DNA of 64,000 nucleotides from the human T2T-CHM13v2.0 reference genome, Homo sapiens, in the NCBI RefSeq assembly GCF_009914755.1, contig NC_060934.1. One strand, 5' to 3'. Position numbers and translations under genes: made by a program. The notes under the pieces were generated by a model that made no database searches, was not told the DNA's origin, and saw only the letters and a program-made list of their open reading frames with translations. This document shows, one piece after another, positions 1-12,797 of this stretch (position 1 is the first letter of the stretch; each line of letters begins with the position of its first letter).

Positions 1-48
1 AACCAGAGAGCTCAGGACAATAATAAGGGTAGCACCAAAGATGCACTA

Positions 49-426
<378 letters not shown>

Positions 427-1673
427 TTAAATGCACACTTCTATGACATGAAATACATCCACATTTTTGTGCAGCCATCACCACCATCCATCTCTTAAAC
501 TTTTTCTTTTCCATCTGAATTTCTGTACTCATTGAGCGCTGATTCCCTAGTCCTCCTTCCCCCAGACCCTTGGCTTCTCTACTTATTGGCTGTGTGACCT
601 TGGGCAAGTCATTTAATCTCCCTGTTCCTTGGTTTCCTCATCTGAAAATGATTACAAAAATAGAACTCATTTTATAGGTGTGTTTTGTGGTTTTATTTTC
701 GTGCAATTATATTCAAGGAATATTTTGCTCAGTGAAGGAATGTGGCACATCCATATAAATGGCCTGGAAGGATCTGGAAGATACATTATTGAATTAGAAA
801 AAAAAATTGCAATAGTTCACACACAGCGTGAATTTACTTACTTAAAAATATGTGTAATTTCACCCCTGAAATAAGAAATGGTGGGAAAAAGAAAAAAATA
901 CTAATAAATGGAGAGGAAAAGGTCTGGAAGGATTAATATCAGACTAATGGCAGAGGTTACCTCTCAGATTGGGAGGATGGGAGTTGAAGGGAACTCTATC
1001 CTTATCAGTAACATTTTAATTTTTTACACTACTAATGCATTCCTGCATTGCTGCTGCCATTAAAAATTAATACACCATCCGGGAGGGTGCCGTGTGCAGC
1101 TGTCTGCGGTCCTGACGGGGCACCAGGACACAGCTACTGCTCCTGACTCAGGACACTGGGCCTTTGGGCCTCTCTCCCAGCAGCTCTGAAGGTGTCGTGA
1201 AGACACAGTGAAGAAGGAGGGGAGACCCGTGGGCAGCTAAAAGTAAAGATACCCATGGTTGGGGAGAAAAAAGAGAGACATCAAAAAATAGATTAGTTTT
1301 GTGTAATTGCAATCAGTAAGAGAGGTTTCCCAGTTGGGAGTGTCTCTCTAATGTTCTACACATACCAACCAGGAAAGGAGCCAGCCAGGGGTCCAGTTTC
1401 CCAAGAACTATGGAGGGAAGGAGGGAGACTGGGGCTTGTGGGCTAACAGCCTCAGGGTGAGGCGGCATCCAGCCACGGGGCTGACGGCACTGCCATCAGA
1501 TTTTCTCACTGCCTTTCCTGTCCCAGAGCTTCTCCTGGCCTAGACACCCTAGCTCTGCCTGCCTTCACCCCCCTGGCTTTCTAGATGATGGAGTGCGAGG
1601 CTAGACTAACTCCTGCCTCAGGCTAACAATGTAACTTTGGGCTTCCTTTTGAGAATTAAAAATACTACTTTCG

Positions 1674-1977
1674 GGCTGGGCACATCGGCTCACCCCTGTA
1701 ATCTCAGCAATTTGGGAGGCCGAGGAGGGTGGATCACTTGAGGTCAGGAGTTCAAGACCAGCCTGGCCAACATGATGAAACCTCGTCTCTACTAAAAATA
1801 CAAAAATTAGCCAGGCGTGGTGGTGTGTGCCTGTAGTCCCAGCTACTCAGGAGGCTGAGGCACGAGAATCGCCTGAACCTGGGAGGCAGAGGTTGCGGTG
1901 AGTTGAGATCACACCATTACACTCCAGCCTAGGCAACAGAGTAAGAATCTGTGTCAAAAAAAAAAAACAAAAAAAAC
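1674..1977 (+). mobile_element. Alu (AluS-type)
   Basis: Alu consensus with A tail; flanking tactttc direct repeat. Confidence 0.9.
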
Positions 1978-2461
1978 CTACTTTCTCAGTATTATAAAAA
2001 TCATATATGTTAATTTTAATTTCAGAAAAATTAGAAAATATAGACAAACAAAAAGGAGAGAGGAAAAGTGATGCATAATTTTGCACCCAGAGAGAGCCAC
2101 TGTTAACCCTTTTGGTGTATATATTATTCCAGTCCTTTCTCCAAGTGCGAGTGTATATGTGTGTATGAGTGTAATTTTAAAAATAAAAATAGAATAATTC
2201 ACTATCTGTATTTGTTTGACGTGCTTTCAATTAACAGTGTGTGGAAAACATCTTTCTCTCACATCAAATGTTCTCTTACAGTGTAATTCTTTATGGGTGT
2301 ATATCATGTCCCATATCGAGGTACAGGATGATAGATCCATACTGTTGGAGTTTTAGGATACCTCTAGTTTTTCACTGTGAAACATGCTTTGATAAACATT
2401 TGGTAGCTTTGCCTTTGATCACATTGTAATCTGTCCTTGACTAAGTTAGAAGTAGGATCAT

Positions 2462-2800
<339 letters not shown>

Positions 2801-3072
2801 TTATTCCGCGTAATCATGGCCAGGGAACATGATTTGACCCTTGAGGAGTATGAATTGCTGCAATGATTCCACTCAGTGATAGACCTTGTCTGAGTGTTGT
2901 GCTCTGTGATGCTGCTGTGCCCAGGGTTAGGGTTGTGGAGGTGGAGGCATAGTCAAAAGCACACGTACTTGACAAGCAGCCAGCTATAGTGCTTTGCATC
3001 TGTTGGATGTTGAGGTTGTGCAGTGGCCCTAGCAAACTATTGCTCAAATGAATTTCCCCTCCTTTCTTTCAG

Positions 3073-3168
3073 GGAACACTCATAGGGTGGACCAAAGGTT
3101 TCAAGGCCACTGACTGTGAAGGGGAGGACGTGGTGGACATGCTCAGGGAAGCCATCAAGAGGAGAAAC
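3073..3168 (+). CDS. HKDC1: HKDC1 exon 13 (96 nt; [32 protein letters not shown]), C-terminal hexokinase domain
   Basis: ctttctttcAG acceptor, GTagga donor, WTKGF hexokinase sugar-binding motif, 96-nt size shared with hexokinase exons 5/13. Confidence 0.96.
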
Positions 3169-3363
3169 GTAGGATGTGGTGTTGAGGCTCATGCCTGCTC
3201 TTGCTGCCTTCCCCAGGCCCCTCTGCTGTGCCATCCTCTGCCCAGTTCCTATGACTCTGGCCTCTGTCTGCCTTGGGATAACATGCCCCTCCTAAACCTG
3301 TTTGGCTTGCACATTCAACTCATAGTAAAGCTGGGTTTTTTTTGTTTTTGTTTTTGTTTTTAG

Positions 3364-3463
3364 GAGTTTGACCTGGACATTGTTGCAGTCGTGAATGATA
3401 CAGTGGGGACCATGATGACCTGTGGCTATGAAGATCCTAATTGTGAGATTGGCCTGATTGCAG
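3364..3463 (+). CDS. HKDC1: HKDC1 exon 14 (100 nt; [33 protein letters not shown])
   Basis: T-rich tract plus TAG acceptor, GTaggt donor, VNDTVGT catalytic-aspartate motif, 100-nt size. Confidence 0.97.
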
Positions 3464-4505
3464 GTAGGTGGTCAGGCATGGCCCATTGGCCTAATCCCAC
3501 TGTATCCATTGATGGTTTCCTTTTAACATAGTGAGAGGGTGGGCATTGTTCCATTATACAGAGGCTCTGCCCAAGGCAGAGATGAAGTTACAATTGGGAT
3601 TCCAGGTCACCAAGTTCTTTCTGCATTAAGAGTCCTAAGCCAAGGTCATCCTTTCTATTGAGGAAGGATAATGACACAGGAAGAAGAGATTTTTAAATAA
3701 GGACCTTGGGGCCAATTGTCATGGGGGGGGGAAGGAGACTACAGTTGGATCATCTTGGCCTGGGGCTGAGGGAGCTATTATAGATTTTCACTCTGGCTCC
3801 AATGTGTGCCTCTTCTGTTCTCTGAATTCTTCTGGTTCTCAGGGTGCACAGGAAGGAGAGGAGCTGGAAAGAAACTTAGAAGAGGGGAAAGGAGTGGCCT
3901 GATACAGGCATTTTAGGGGTCTTTGGGAGAAGTCTGGCAGTGATTAAGGCCAAGGGTAGATTCTAGGGGGATGTTCTCTCTAAGAGGGGTAGAATGGGTA
4001 GGATTGGAACAGGTGGAGATGGGGACAAAAGGCATTCCAGGTGATAGGCACAGGCTAAGTAATGATAGAACCTAGAAAAGTTGTTCCATTTGATCATCTG
4101 GGCTTTCTGGATATAAGCAGCAGGTGGAACAAGGAGATGGGGATGTACTGAGTTATCTCCCATGCCAGGTAAGAGGTTTCCTCTCACTCTAACTCTTACC
4201 CACTTTGTGAGCTTGGGCAGGTGGCTTATTCTGTCTGACTTGAGTTTCTTCATCCGTGGGAGGGATTGGGCTAGATCTAGGAGAGCAAAGAGGTGAGGCC
4301 TGTTGATTGACTAAAATACTTGCCTGGACTGCTGGGCTGAGAATAGTTCTGAGGCCAAGTCATGGGCAAGGAAGAAGAGGGTGGCTCACAGATGCCAAGC
4401 ATTTGCTTGTCCAAGACTAGATGATTCCTCATGGTCCCTTCCAGCTCTGACTGCTAATTTTACGACTGCTTGGAAGCTTTGTGTGCCTATGGCTTAACAA
4501 AGATA

Positions 4506-4527
4506 ATGATGATGATGATGATGATGA
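4506..4527 (+). repeat. (ATG)7 trinucleotide microsatellite
   Basis: Read directly. Confidence 0.85.
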
Positions 4528-4812
4528 AGTCAGCAGGTACCGTTTATTGAATGCTTACCATGTGAAGGAAACTTAAAGATATCACTTCATAACAAACCCA
4601 TAGGCAGGTATTATTTCCTCCTCAGAAATGAAGAAACTGAGCCTCTGAAAGATGAGATGCTTGCCCAAGGTTAGCCAGCTATGACTGTAAAGCTGGAATC
4701 GCATCCAGTTGTATCTGACTCCAAGCTTAAATTCTTATTTGCTGCACTCTGCCACCTTTCTAAAACCTGGTGATGTCTTTGAAGACTAAGGTTCCTTCAC
4801 AATTCCTTCTAG

Positions 4813-4996
4813 GAACAGGCAGCAACATGTGCTACATGGAGGACATGAGGAACATCGAGATGGTGGAGGGGGGTGAAGGGAAGATGTGCATCAATACAGA
4901 GTGGGGAGGATTTGGAGACAATGGCTGCATAGATGACATCCGGACCCGATACGACACGGAGGTGGATGAGGGGTCCTTGAATCCTGGCAAGCAGAG
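4813..4996 (+). CDS. HKDC1: HKDC1 exon 15 (184 nt; [62 protein letters not shown])
   Basis: ttccttctAG acceptor, GTgaag donor, GTGSN and INTEWG motifs, overlaps ORF 4770..5000. Confidence 0.97.
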
Positions 4997-5596
4997 GTGA
5001 AGAGGGTGGATGTGTGCATTTATGTGGGTTGTGTAGTGAACAACACTACCAGACCTAAGGGGGTACCATAGACAGCATAGCTTTGTGTGCTTATTACAGC
5101 TGTCGAATGTCAGTGAAATATCCTATTGGAACAAAAGAAAAATATGATGACAAGGTTGCAACAGGTAAAGGGGAAAAGTCCCTTTTTCTAATTACCATAA
5201 GGCCCCATAAGGTCTAGTGGTGGTTCTGGAAGTGAGGCAGAGGCTGCCAGCATGTTCATTCACCAAGGGCATGGTAACTCAGTGAGCCTTCTTGAGATGG
5301 GCTTTTAATAAGTCTCTTTCAGAGGCCAACATCCTCAGGCCTTCAAGAGCTGGCTACCAGGTTGGTGACCTTTTCTGGGAGTGGGGAAGTGGCCACCTGT
5401 GATGGATGAGAGTGCTGGTTCTCGACCATGATGTCATGTCCCACCACGGGTCACAATCACTTGTGAGGTGTATTCCAATGACTAACCACATGAAAAATAC
5501 TGAAAATAATGAATGGCCTAAAAAATAAATTAGAGTAGATTTCACTTGCATTATGATATTATGAGAGAAAGGGGTAGCAGAGCTAGAGCTGGCATG

Positions 5597-5983
5597 TGAT
5601 ATTAGTCCATTCTCCCGTTGCTGTAAAGAACTACCTGAGACTGGGTAATTTATGAAGAAAAGAGGTTTAATTGGCTCACAGTTCCACAGGCTGTGCAGGA
5701 AGCATGGCTGGGAGGCCTCAGGAAACTTACCATAATGGCAGAAGGTGAAGGGGAAGCAGGCACGTCTTACATGGCTGGAGAAGGAGGAAGAAAGAGTGAA
5801 GGGGGAGGCGTTACACACTATTAAAATAACCAGATCTTGTGAGAACCCACTCACTATCACCAGAACAACAGGGGGGAAATCCACCCCCATGATCCAGTCA
5901 CCTCCCAGCAGGCCCCTCCTCCAATACTGGGGATTGTAATTCAACATGAGATTTTGGTGGGGACATAAATCCAAATCATATCA
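5597..5983. mobile_element. MaLR solo LTR (MST/THE1 type)
   Basis: tattagtccattctc...gagactgggtaatttatgaagaaaagaggtttaattggctcacagttcc...ccaaatcatatca signature. Confidence 0.85.
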
Positions 5984-7175
5984 CATGCTAAAATTTGATT
6001 ATTAACCCAGGCCCATCCACTAGAAGAGGAGTTGGCACACTTATTCTGTAAAAGAACAGATAGTAAATGTTTTAGGTTTTGCAGGCCATATGGTCTTTAT
6101 CAAAACTAAGCTCAGTGTCTTAATATAGAAAATAATGGGAAACATAGATTTATTGTTATGGGTGCTATCCAAGTTGAGAGCTTGAGCAGATGGGAAATGT
6201 GAGGGGATGCTTAGGCCATGGACACCTTGGGAGCTGTTGAACTGAGAATGTTGTCTAGGAAGAGGCTCAGACAAGACCAAGACTGGCCCTGGTGGTTTCT
6301 TTCCTCTTTGGCACCAATCTTGTAACTGGAAGGCAGGTGAGTTGTGGTAAGCCCAGCTGAAGCAAGGATTGCTCCAAAAAGAAGGGACCTTCCCTTTGAA
6401 TCCCAAGTTGGGGCACCTGAGTGTCATGGCTCTTCCCAAGGGGCAGTTCATTCTAGTTAGCTTTGTGTCTGTAGCCACTGAAGGCTCACATTTTTGGATT
6501 GAGGTTTTAAGGGGGCAGCACCTTTGAACTTGCCTTGAAATCACCATTTTTTGTTCTGGTGTTAATTCCCTTAGGCTGATGAGGTCTTGAGCAGTTAAGA
6601 GAACCCAAGCCCAGCACATAAATGCTTCCCATTTGACTCTGCAAGCAGTGGCAGTCTGGCTCTGTGTCACTGTTGTTAATGATGATGTGTGTCACCATCA
6701 CACACCCTGTGCAGAGTGCCTGGTCAGTACAAGGCCCCTTTTCTCTCTTGCTCTCTTGACCCTCATGGAGCTCACGGTCTGGTAGAAAGGAGGAAGGGAA
6801 TTAATGCTTTTGAGCACCCCTGGTGCATGCAGACAGTTTCAATGTGTTAACTCACAGAGTAGAATTTGCAGAGTGGAACAGATTTGTAGCACAAAGCCAA
6901 GGAGAATTGGCTTTGGGGCCAAGACCAGGGACTAAATTTTGCTTAGTGCCCACTGTACCCAGATGCTTGCCTCCTAACAGTCTTGTAGGGGCGCTACTCT
7001 TCTCCCTGTTTTGTAGATGATAGCTTGCAGTGCTTGCTCACATCAAGCAGCTAGTATGTGGCAGAGCTAGGATCTGGATCTTGCTCCATGCGTAGCTCCA
7101 AAGCCTGGCCTTCTCACATCATGTGGTCTTCTGCATTGCAGGTCTGCCCCAACCTTATCCTTCTTCTCCAAACAG

Positions 7176-7331
7176 ATACGAGAAAATGACCAGTGGGATG
7201 TACTTGGGGGAGATTGTGCGGCAGATCCTGATCGACCTGACCAAGCAGGGTCTCCTCTTCCGAGGGCAGATTTCAGAGCGTCTCCGGACCAGGGGCATCT
7301 TCGAAACCAAGTTCCTGTCCCAGATCGAAAG
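7176..7331 (+). CDS. HKDC1: HKDC1 exon 16 (156 nt; [51 protein letters not shown])
   Basis: aaacAG acceptor, GTgacc donor, EKMxSGMYLGE motif, overlaps ORF 7123..7335. Confidence 0.97.
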
Positions 7332-7569
7332 GTGACCTGTGATCAAGTTCATCATGAGGCTCTGACTGGCATATGCTGCCACCACGCTGGGGTTGGGCCA
7401 ATTTGAGGTTTAAAAATAAAAACAGAAAGGCCCTGGCTGGGTAAGGGATTGCCTCCTGGGGCTGCTCTTCTCTTTCCAACTGATTCAGGATCGCTTTCAA
7501 CAATAATAAACTCATGGCCAAACTGGGCTCATCTATAAAGTCCTGCTGTCCCCATCCTCAGGCTGGGCT

Positions 7570-8230
7570 AATTTGAAACAAACCCCACATCTTACATCAG
7601 TTCATCTATAAATATTTCATAATGTATTTCTGAAATATAAGGATTCTTAATAAAACATAACTACAGTACCATTATCACACTTAAAAAGCTAATGATAAAC
7701 CTCAATCTCACAAAATATCCTGTTAGTGTTCTTATTTCCTGAATTGCCAAAAATTAATGGTTTTTACAGTTCTTTTGTTTGCATCAGTATCCAGACAAAG
7801 TTTATAAACTGCATTTGGTTGATATGCTTAAAGAATCTCTTTTAATCTATGGGTTTCCTCTCCCTCTCTTACTTTCCCTTGCAATGTATTTGTTGAAGAA
7901 ACTGTTGTCTTATCTATGAGTTTCCTGTATTCTAGATTTTGTGGATTGCAGCATTTAGCATTTTCCTCTGTCTTCTTGTATTTCCCAAAAACTCATAGTT
8001 AGACCCAGATGCTTAATTAGATTCAGTAGTGAATTCTGGACAAGAATATTTTCTAGGTGGCATTGAGTTGTCTGTCTGTCTCTCTTTCTTTTAGGATGTT
8101 ATCAGTCATTGATGCATATTGCCTGGATCTATTATTTCACTAGACATCGTAAATGGTGATGATTCCTGCAGTTATTAGCTGGAATACTTCTAGAAAGAGG
8201 AACTTTCCCCTATCAACTCTTTGGTGTAAT
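7570..8230 (-). mobile_element. Old L1 (L1M-type) fragment
   Basis: Degenerate T-rich L1-like sequence; boundaries approximate. Confidence 0.5.
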
Positions 8231-9103
8231 TATCATTTTGAATGGCTGCATATTATACTATGTTACTGTACTATAATTTACTAAACTTTCCCTTTAATAT
8301 AGGATGTCTAGTTTGTAATTTATAAATTCCTGTTATTCTGAGTAACACCATAGTTTTTCTTTTAGTACACATAGTCATTTGAATACAGTAAATCATTTCC
8401 TTAGTAGTAGAAACATTTGGTTAAAAGAGTATTTCACCATGGGCGCAGTGTTTTTTTTTTTAAAGTAGTTTCAATTTCCATCACCATCAGTTATGTACAA
8501 ATGTGTCAGTTTCACTGCTTTTTATGCTAGCACTGGATGTTATCTGATGCTTTGTGTTTGGATTTTCTCTCCATTTGTGTTCATTCATTTAATTCTCTTG
8601 GTCTTTATGGTCAGATGCCCACAAGTGAAAAATCACTTTTCAGCGGGGAAAAAAGAAACACATTATACATGAAAGTGGTTTACTTAATGAGGCAAATCAG
8701 ATGGGCTGTTTAAGGGGAGTTCTTATTGTTTAAGGAGAGGATGGTGGAATCAGTAACAGCAGCAGCGATTATGTATTTTTGGGGTGTAAATTAGCAAGTG
8801 TTCAGCATCCTTCTCCTGTCTAGTCTTCAACCCATCCAATCTGAACAGATGGGTTAAAAATCATCACGCTTGGTGACCAAAGGGATCCTGTTTTGCTGTG
8901 TAAAACAGCTTCTCCCTCATAAGCAATAGACCGACAAGTTTACTTATCTTTGCCTTGCTTTTTTTTTTTTCCGTAATAAAAGAAAAGTTGTTCCTAGACA
9001 AGCACAAGGTGGTAACACTCTTATGCCACCAGAAAGATTTGCTTCTGCTGCACAAGAGGTGTCTGTTTTGGATGTTTTGATTTCTACAGGTTTCTGTTGT
9101 TGT

Positions 9104-9437
9104 TTTGTTTTTGTTTTCTGAGACAGGGTCTCACTCTGTTGCCTGGGCTGGAGTGCTGTGTTGCAATCACAGCTCAGTGCATCCTCAACCTCCCGGGTTC
9201 AAGTGATCCTCCCACCTCAGCTGCCACCACTGCTCCTCTCCCCTGCTCCCATTCCCTGTCAAGTAGCTGGGACTACAGGCACACACCACCACACCTAGCT
9301 AATTTTTGTATTTTTTATAGAGATGGAGTTTCACCATGTCGCCCAGGTTGATCTTGAATTCCTGGGCTCAAGCCATCCATCTGCCTAGAACTCCCAAAGT
9401 GGTAGGATTACAGGCATGAGCCACCGCGCCTGGCCAG
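9104..9437 (-). mobile_element. Alu (AluJ-type) with a ~40-nt C-rich internal insertion
   Basis: Reverse Alu consensus interrupted at ~9221-9260. Confidence 0.85.
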
Positions 9438-9928
9438 GTTTTGTTTTTTAAAAGCTTCATGGAATAAAAAAAAAATCATATCCACCTAGTGCCAGTGGGA
9501 ATTGGTAGGTGCTGTGCTGACTGCAGCCCATTTCAAAGCAGTTTGTCAAATGGATGGGACAGTGTTCTCCGGGGGAAGTGCCCTGAATTTACAGTCTTAG
9601 AGCTTGAGTTTTAAGATTTATCTCCACTACTTAACCTGTTTATGCTGCGTGACCTGGGGCAGGTTGTTTCACCTCTTTGAACCTCAGTTTCCTGCTTCAT
9701 AACAGAAATAATTGCCCTGTTGCTTAACCCCCAGGATTGCTCTGAGGATCAGGAAGGGAATGTACTTGAACTAGGTAAGCTGTGAAAGGCTGGGCCCAGG
9801 AAGGAATTGCAGGCTTTCTCTTTAGACACACCAGTTAAAAAACCTCTTTTTCTTACTATACAAATGTTATTCATTCATTTTAGAGAATCTAAAAAATACA
9901 GATAAACAAAGGAAGAAAAATAAGAATT

Positions 9929-10187
9929 AAGCTACGTGTGGTGGCTCATGCCTGTAATCCCAGGACTTTGGGAGGCCAAGGCAGGCAGATCACCTGAGGT
10001 CAGGTAGCCAACATGGTGAAACTCTGTCTCTACTAAAAATACAAATATTAGCTGGGCATGGTGGTGGGCCTATAATCCCAGCTACTTGGGAGGCTGAGGC
10101 AGGAGAATCGCTTGAACCCAGGAAGCGGGTGAGCCGACATCATTGCACTCCAACCTGGGCAACAAGAGTGAAACTCCGCCTCAAAAA
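9929..10187 (+). mobile_element. Alu with internal deletions
   Basis: Alu consensus lacking short internal segments. Confidence 0.85.
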
Positions 10188-10231
10188 GAAGAGAATTACC
10201 TGTAATCCTCCCAATGTCTGAATAGATTTCC

Positions 10232-10234
<3 letters not shown>

Positions 10235-10280
<46 letters not shown>
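10235..10280 (+). repeat. (TG)23 microsatellite in HKDC1 intron 16
   Basis: 46 nt of pure TG. Confidence 0.95.
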
Positions 10281-10282
<2 letters not shown>

Positions 10283-10416
10283 TTTTTTTAATCTGGGCAA
10301 GGGCAAACATTAAAACAAAAAGCCAGCATCATACAGTGCATAGTATTTTATAATCTATTTTTTCACTATGTCATGAAGATTTTCCATGGCGTGAAATATT
10401 CTCACGCAAACTCATC

Positions 10417-10704
10417 TTTTTTTTTTTTTTGAGACAAGATCTTACGCTATTACCCAGGCTGGAGTACAGTGGTATGATCATGGCTCACTGCAACCTCAAA
10501 CTCCTGAGCTCAAGCAATCCTCATGCCTCAGCCTCCAAATAGGGACTATAGGCATACACAATCATGTCTGGCTCATTTAAAATTTTTTAGAGATGGGGTC
10601 TTGTTATGTAGCCCAGGCTGGTCTCAAATTCCTGGCCTAAAGTGATTCTCCTGCCTCAGCCTCTTAAAGTGCTGGGATTACAGGTGTAAGCCACTGTGCT
10701 GGCC
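10417..10704 (-). mobile_element. Alu (AluJ-type)
   Basis: Reverse Alu; TSD caaactcatctt. Confidence 0.9.
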
Positions 10705-11623
10705 ACAAACTCATCTTTAAGATCTATGAAGAATTCTATTGTTTGGCTACACCGCCATTTACCTGCTGAATCCCCTGTATGGTCATATAGGTTGTTTCTC
10801 AATTGTCTTTCTTGATAACACTCTTCTTCTCTAAGTATTACCTGAGACAGTCAAGGATACAACTTCACATTGCTTGGTGTGGGAGTCAGGGCTCCGTTTA
10901 AGTACCATTAGTTCACTGTGAGATGACCAGGGTCTAGACTTGAAGCCAGCCTGCCCCTATGATGGGTGTTTCTCTGCATGTGTTTACAGTCCTATCAGGT
11001 TCCCCTTCTCTAAGGTTCTGATTGTATTTTGTATATTCATTTATTCACTTGCTCATTGAATATACCCTGCTGGCTACTACTGAAGATATAGTCTTACTGT
11101 CAAAGAGCAGAGAAATGAGAAAAAGGGAAGAAAGTGCAGAGAATCAGAAAAAGTTAAATAGAAGGAAAGTTGGCCTCCAATTGAAGGGGGCCAGAGTGTG
11201 GGAGCTGGCACGATTTGTGGGAAAGTGCGAGAGGTGGTGTGAAAAGGCTTGAATTTGAGCCCCTGCTCTCTAACGAGAGGGCACAGCTCTAGCAGGCTGA
11301 GCCACAGCCTCCTCTTCTGAAAAATGGGTACCTGGTGTGTTGGTTGCTGCAGCTCATATGGCTTCTAGTGAGATCACAGATATGAACATGCTGAACACCA
11401 GAGGCATTCACACTTTATTTTTTAAAGTTGATGGGACTTCCAGGGGTGGTGGACCTTCTTGAGTCTCGGCTTCTAAGGCATTCTGCTCCAGCCTAGCCAT
11501 TGCCTGGGTCAATTTCTCCTCCCTCCTGTAAGGGCATCTAAGAATGGGGAGGCTGTGGGTCACACTGGGCACATCCCGGGGTCCTGGGAAGCAGGTCCTG
11601 ACTCCCTGCTCTATTGCCTGCAG

Positions 11624-11857
11624 CGATCGGCTGGCCCTTCTCCAGGTCAGGAGGATTCTGCAGCAGCTGGGCCTGGACAGCACGTGTGAGGACAGCATCG
11701 TGGTGAAGGAGGTGTGCGGAGCCGTGTCCCGGCGGGCGGCCCAGCTCTGCGGTGCTGGCCTGGCCGCTATAGTGGAAAAAAGGAGAGAAGACCAGGGGCT
11801 AGAGCACCTGAGGATCACTGTGGGTGTGGACGGCACCCTGTACAAGCTGCACCCTCA
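11624..11857 (+). CDS. HKDC1: HKDC1 exon 17 (234 nt; [77 protein letters not shown])
   Basis: ctgcAG acceptor, GTgagt donor, VGVDGTLYK adenosine-binding motif. Confidence 0.97.
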
Positions 11858-12210
11858 GTGAGTGCCCACAAGAGGCGTGGCGGGTGGGGCTGGGGAGGGC
11901 TGGCGGCCAAGTGTGGACTTGGCATAGCCTCCTGAACTGCGGCATGGGAAGATGCATCCCCGTCCTTTTATGGGAAAGGAGTGCTGTGTGGTCAAGTCAC
12001 CTATTCAATCTGACAGACAAGGTGTGAGCCCTGGTGCCTCTGCTACCTGGTAATACGATGTGGGAATGTTAGCCGGCCTCTCTAAACCCCAGGTTCCTCA
12101 TCCACAAAAGGCCAGCACTAATAATCCCTACCACATAGGGCTAAATGTGTGAGGTTGAAATGAGTTAGCACATGTAAAGTGCTTCACACGGGGCTCAAGA
12201 AATGTAAGTT

Positions 12211-12518
12211 GGCTGAGTGCAGTGGCTCATGCCTGTAATGGCAGACGGGAGGATCACTTGAGCCCAGGAGTTTGAGACCAGCCTGGGCAACACAGGGAGA
12301 CTCCATTTCCACAAACATAAATAAATAAAATACAAAATGAACAAAAATTACAAATATTAGCTGGGCGTGATAGTGCATACCTGTGGTCCCAGCTACATGG
12401 GAGGCTGAGCTGGGGGGCTTGAGCCTGGGAACTCGAGGCTGCAGTGGGCTGTGATTGCACAACTGCAGTCTACACCCTGGGCAACAGAGTGAGACCATGT
12501 CTAAAAAAAAAAAAAAAA
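12211..12518 (+). mobile_element. Alu (AluJ-type)
   Basis: Alu consensus with A tail. Confidence 0.85.
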
Positions 12519-12649
12519 TTAGAAGAAGCTGTTTAGAGCCTTGAAAAGCAAACCAAAGGGAAGAAGCTAAAGAAATTAGATTATGATCATTTATAAATGT
12601 TCTGATTCTACATGGAAGGGCTGATGATGTTTCTTTCTCTTTTTCATAG

Positions 12650-12797
12650 CTTTTCTAGAATATTGCAGGAAACTGTGAAGGAACTAGCCCCTCGATGTGA
12701 TGTGACATTCATGCTGTCAGAAGATGGCAGTGGAAAAGGGGCAGCACTGATCACTGCTGTGGCCAAGAGGTTACAGCAGGCACAGAAGGAGAAATAG
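12650..12797 (+). CDS. HKDC1: HKDC1 exon 18 coding part ([48 protein letters not shown]-stop)
   Basis: ttttcatAG acceptor, [11 protein letters not shown] motif, TAG at 12795-12797; C-terminus matches HKDC1 rather than HK1/HK2. Confidence 0.96.

Noticed and set aside
5354-5974. 206-aa ORF on the - strand
   Set aside because: Mostly MST/THE1 LTR sequence with no protein family signature
6041-6670. 209-aa ORF on the - strand in HKDC1 intron 15
   Set aside because: Non-ATG start, ends in a MER58-like fragment, no recognisable domain; likely chance
7142-7175. Upstream alternative acceptor (cattgcAG) for HKDC1 exon 16
   Set aside because: Adds 34 nt and shifts the frame; the 156-nt exon fits the conserved hexokinase structure
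11408-11845. 145-aa antisense ORF over HKDC1 exon 17
   Set aside because: Shadow ORF of a GC-rich coding exon
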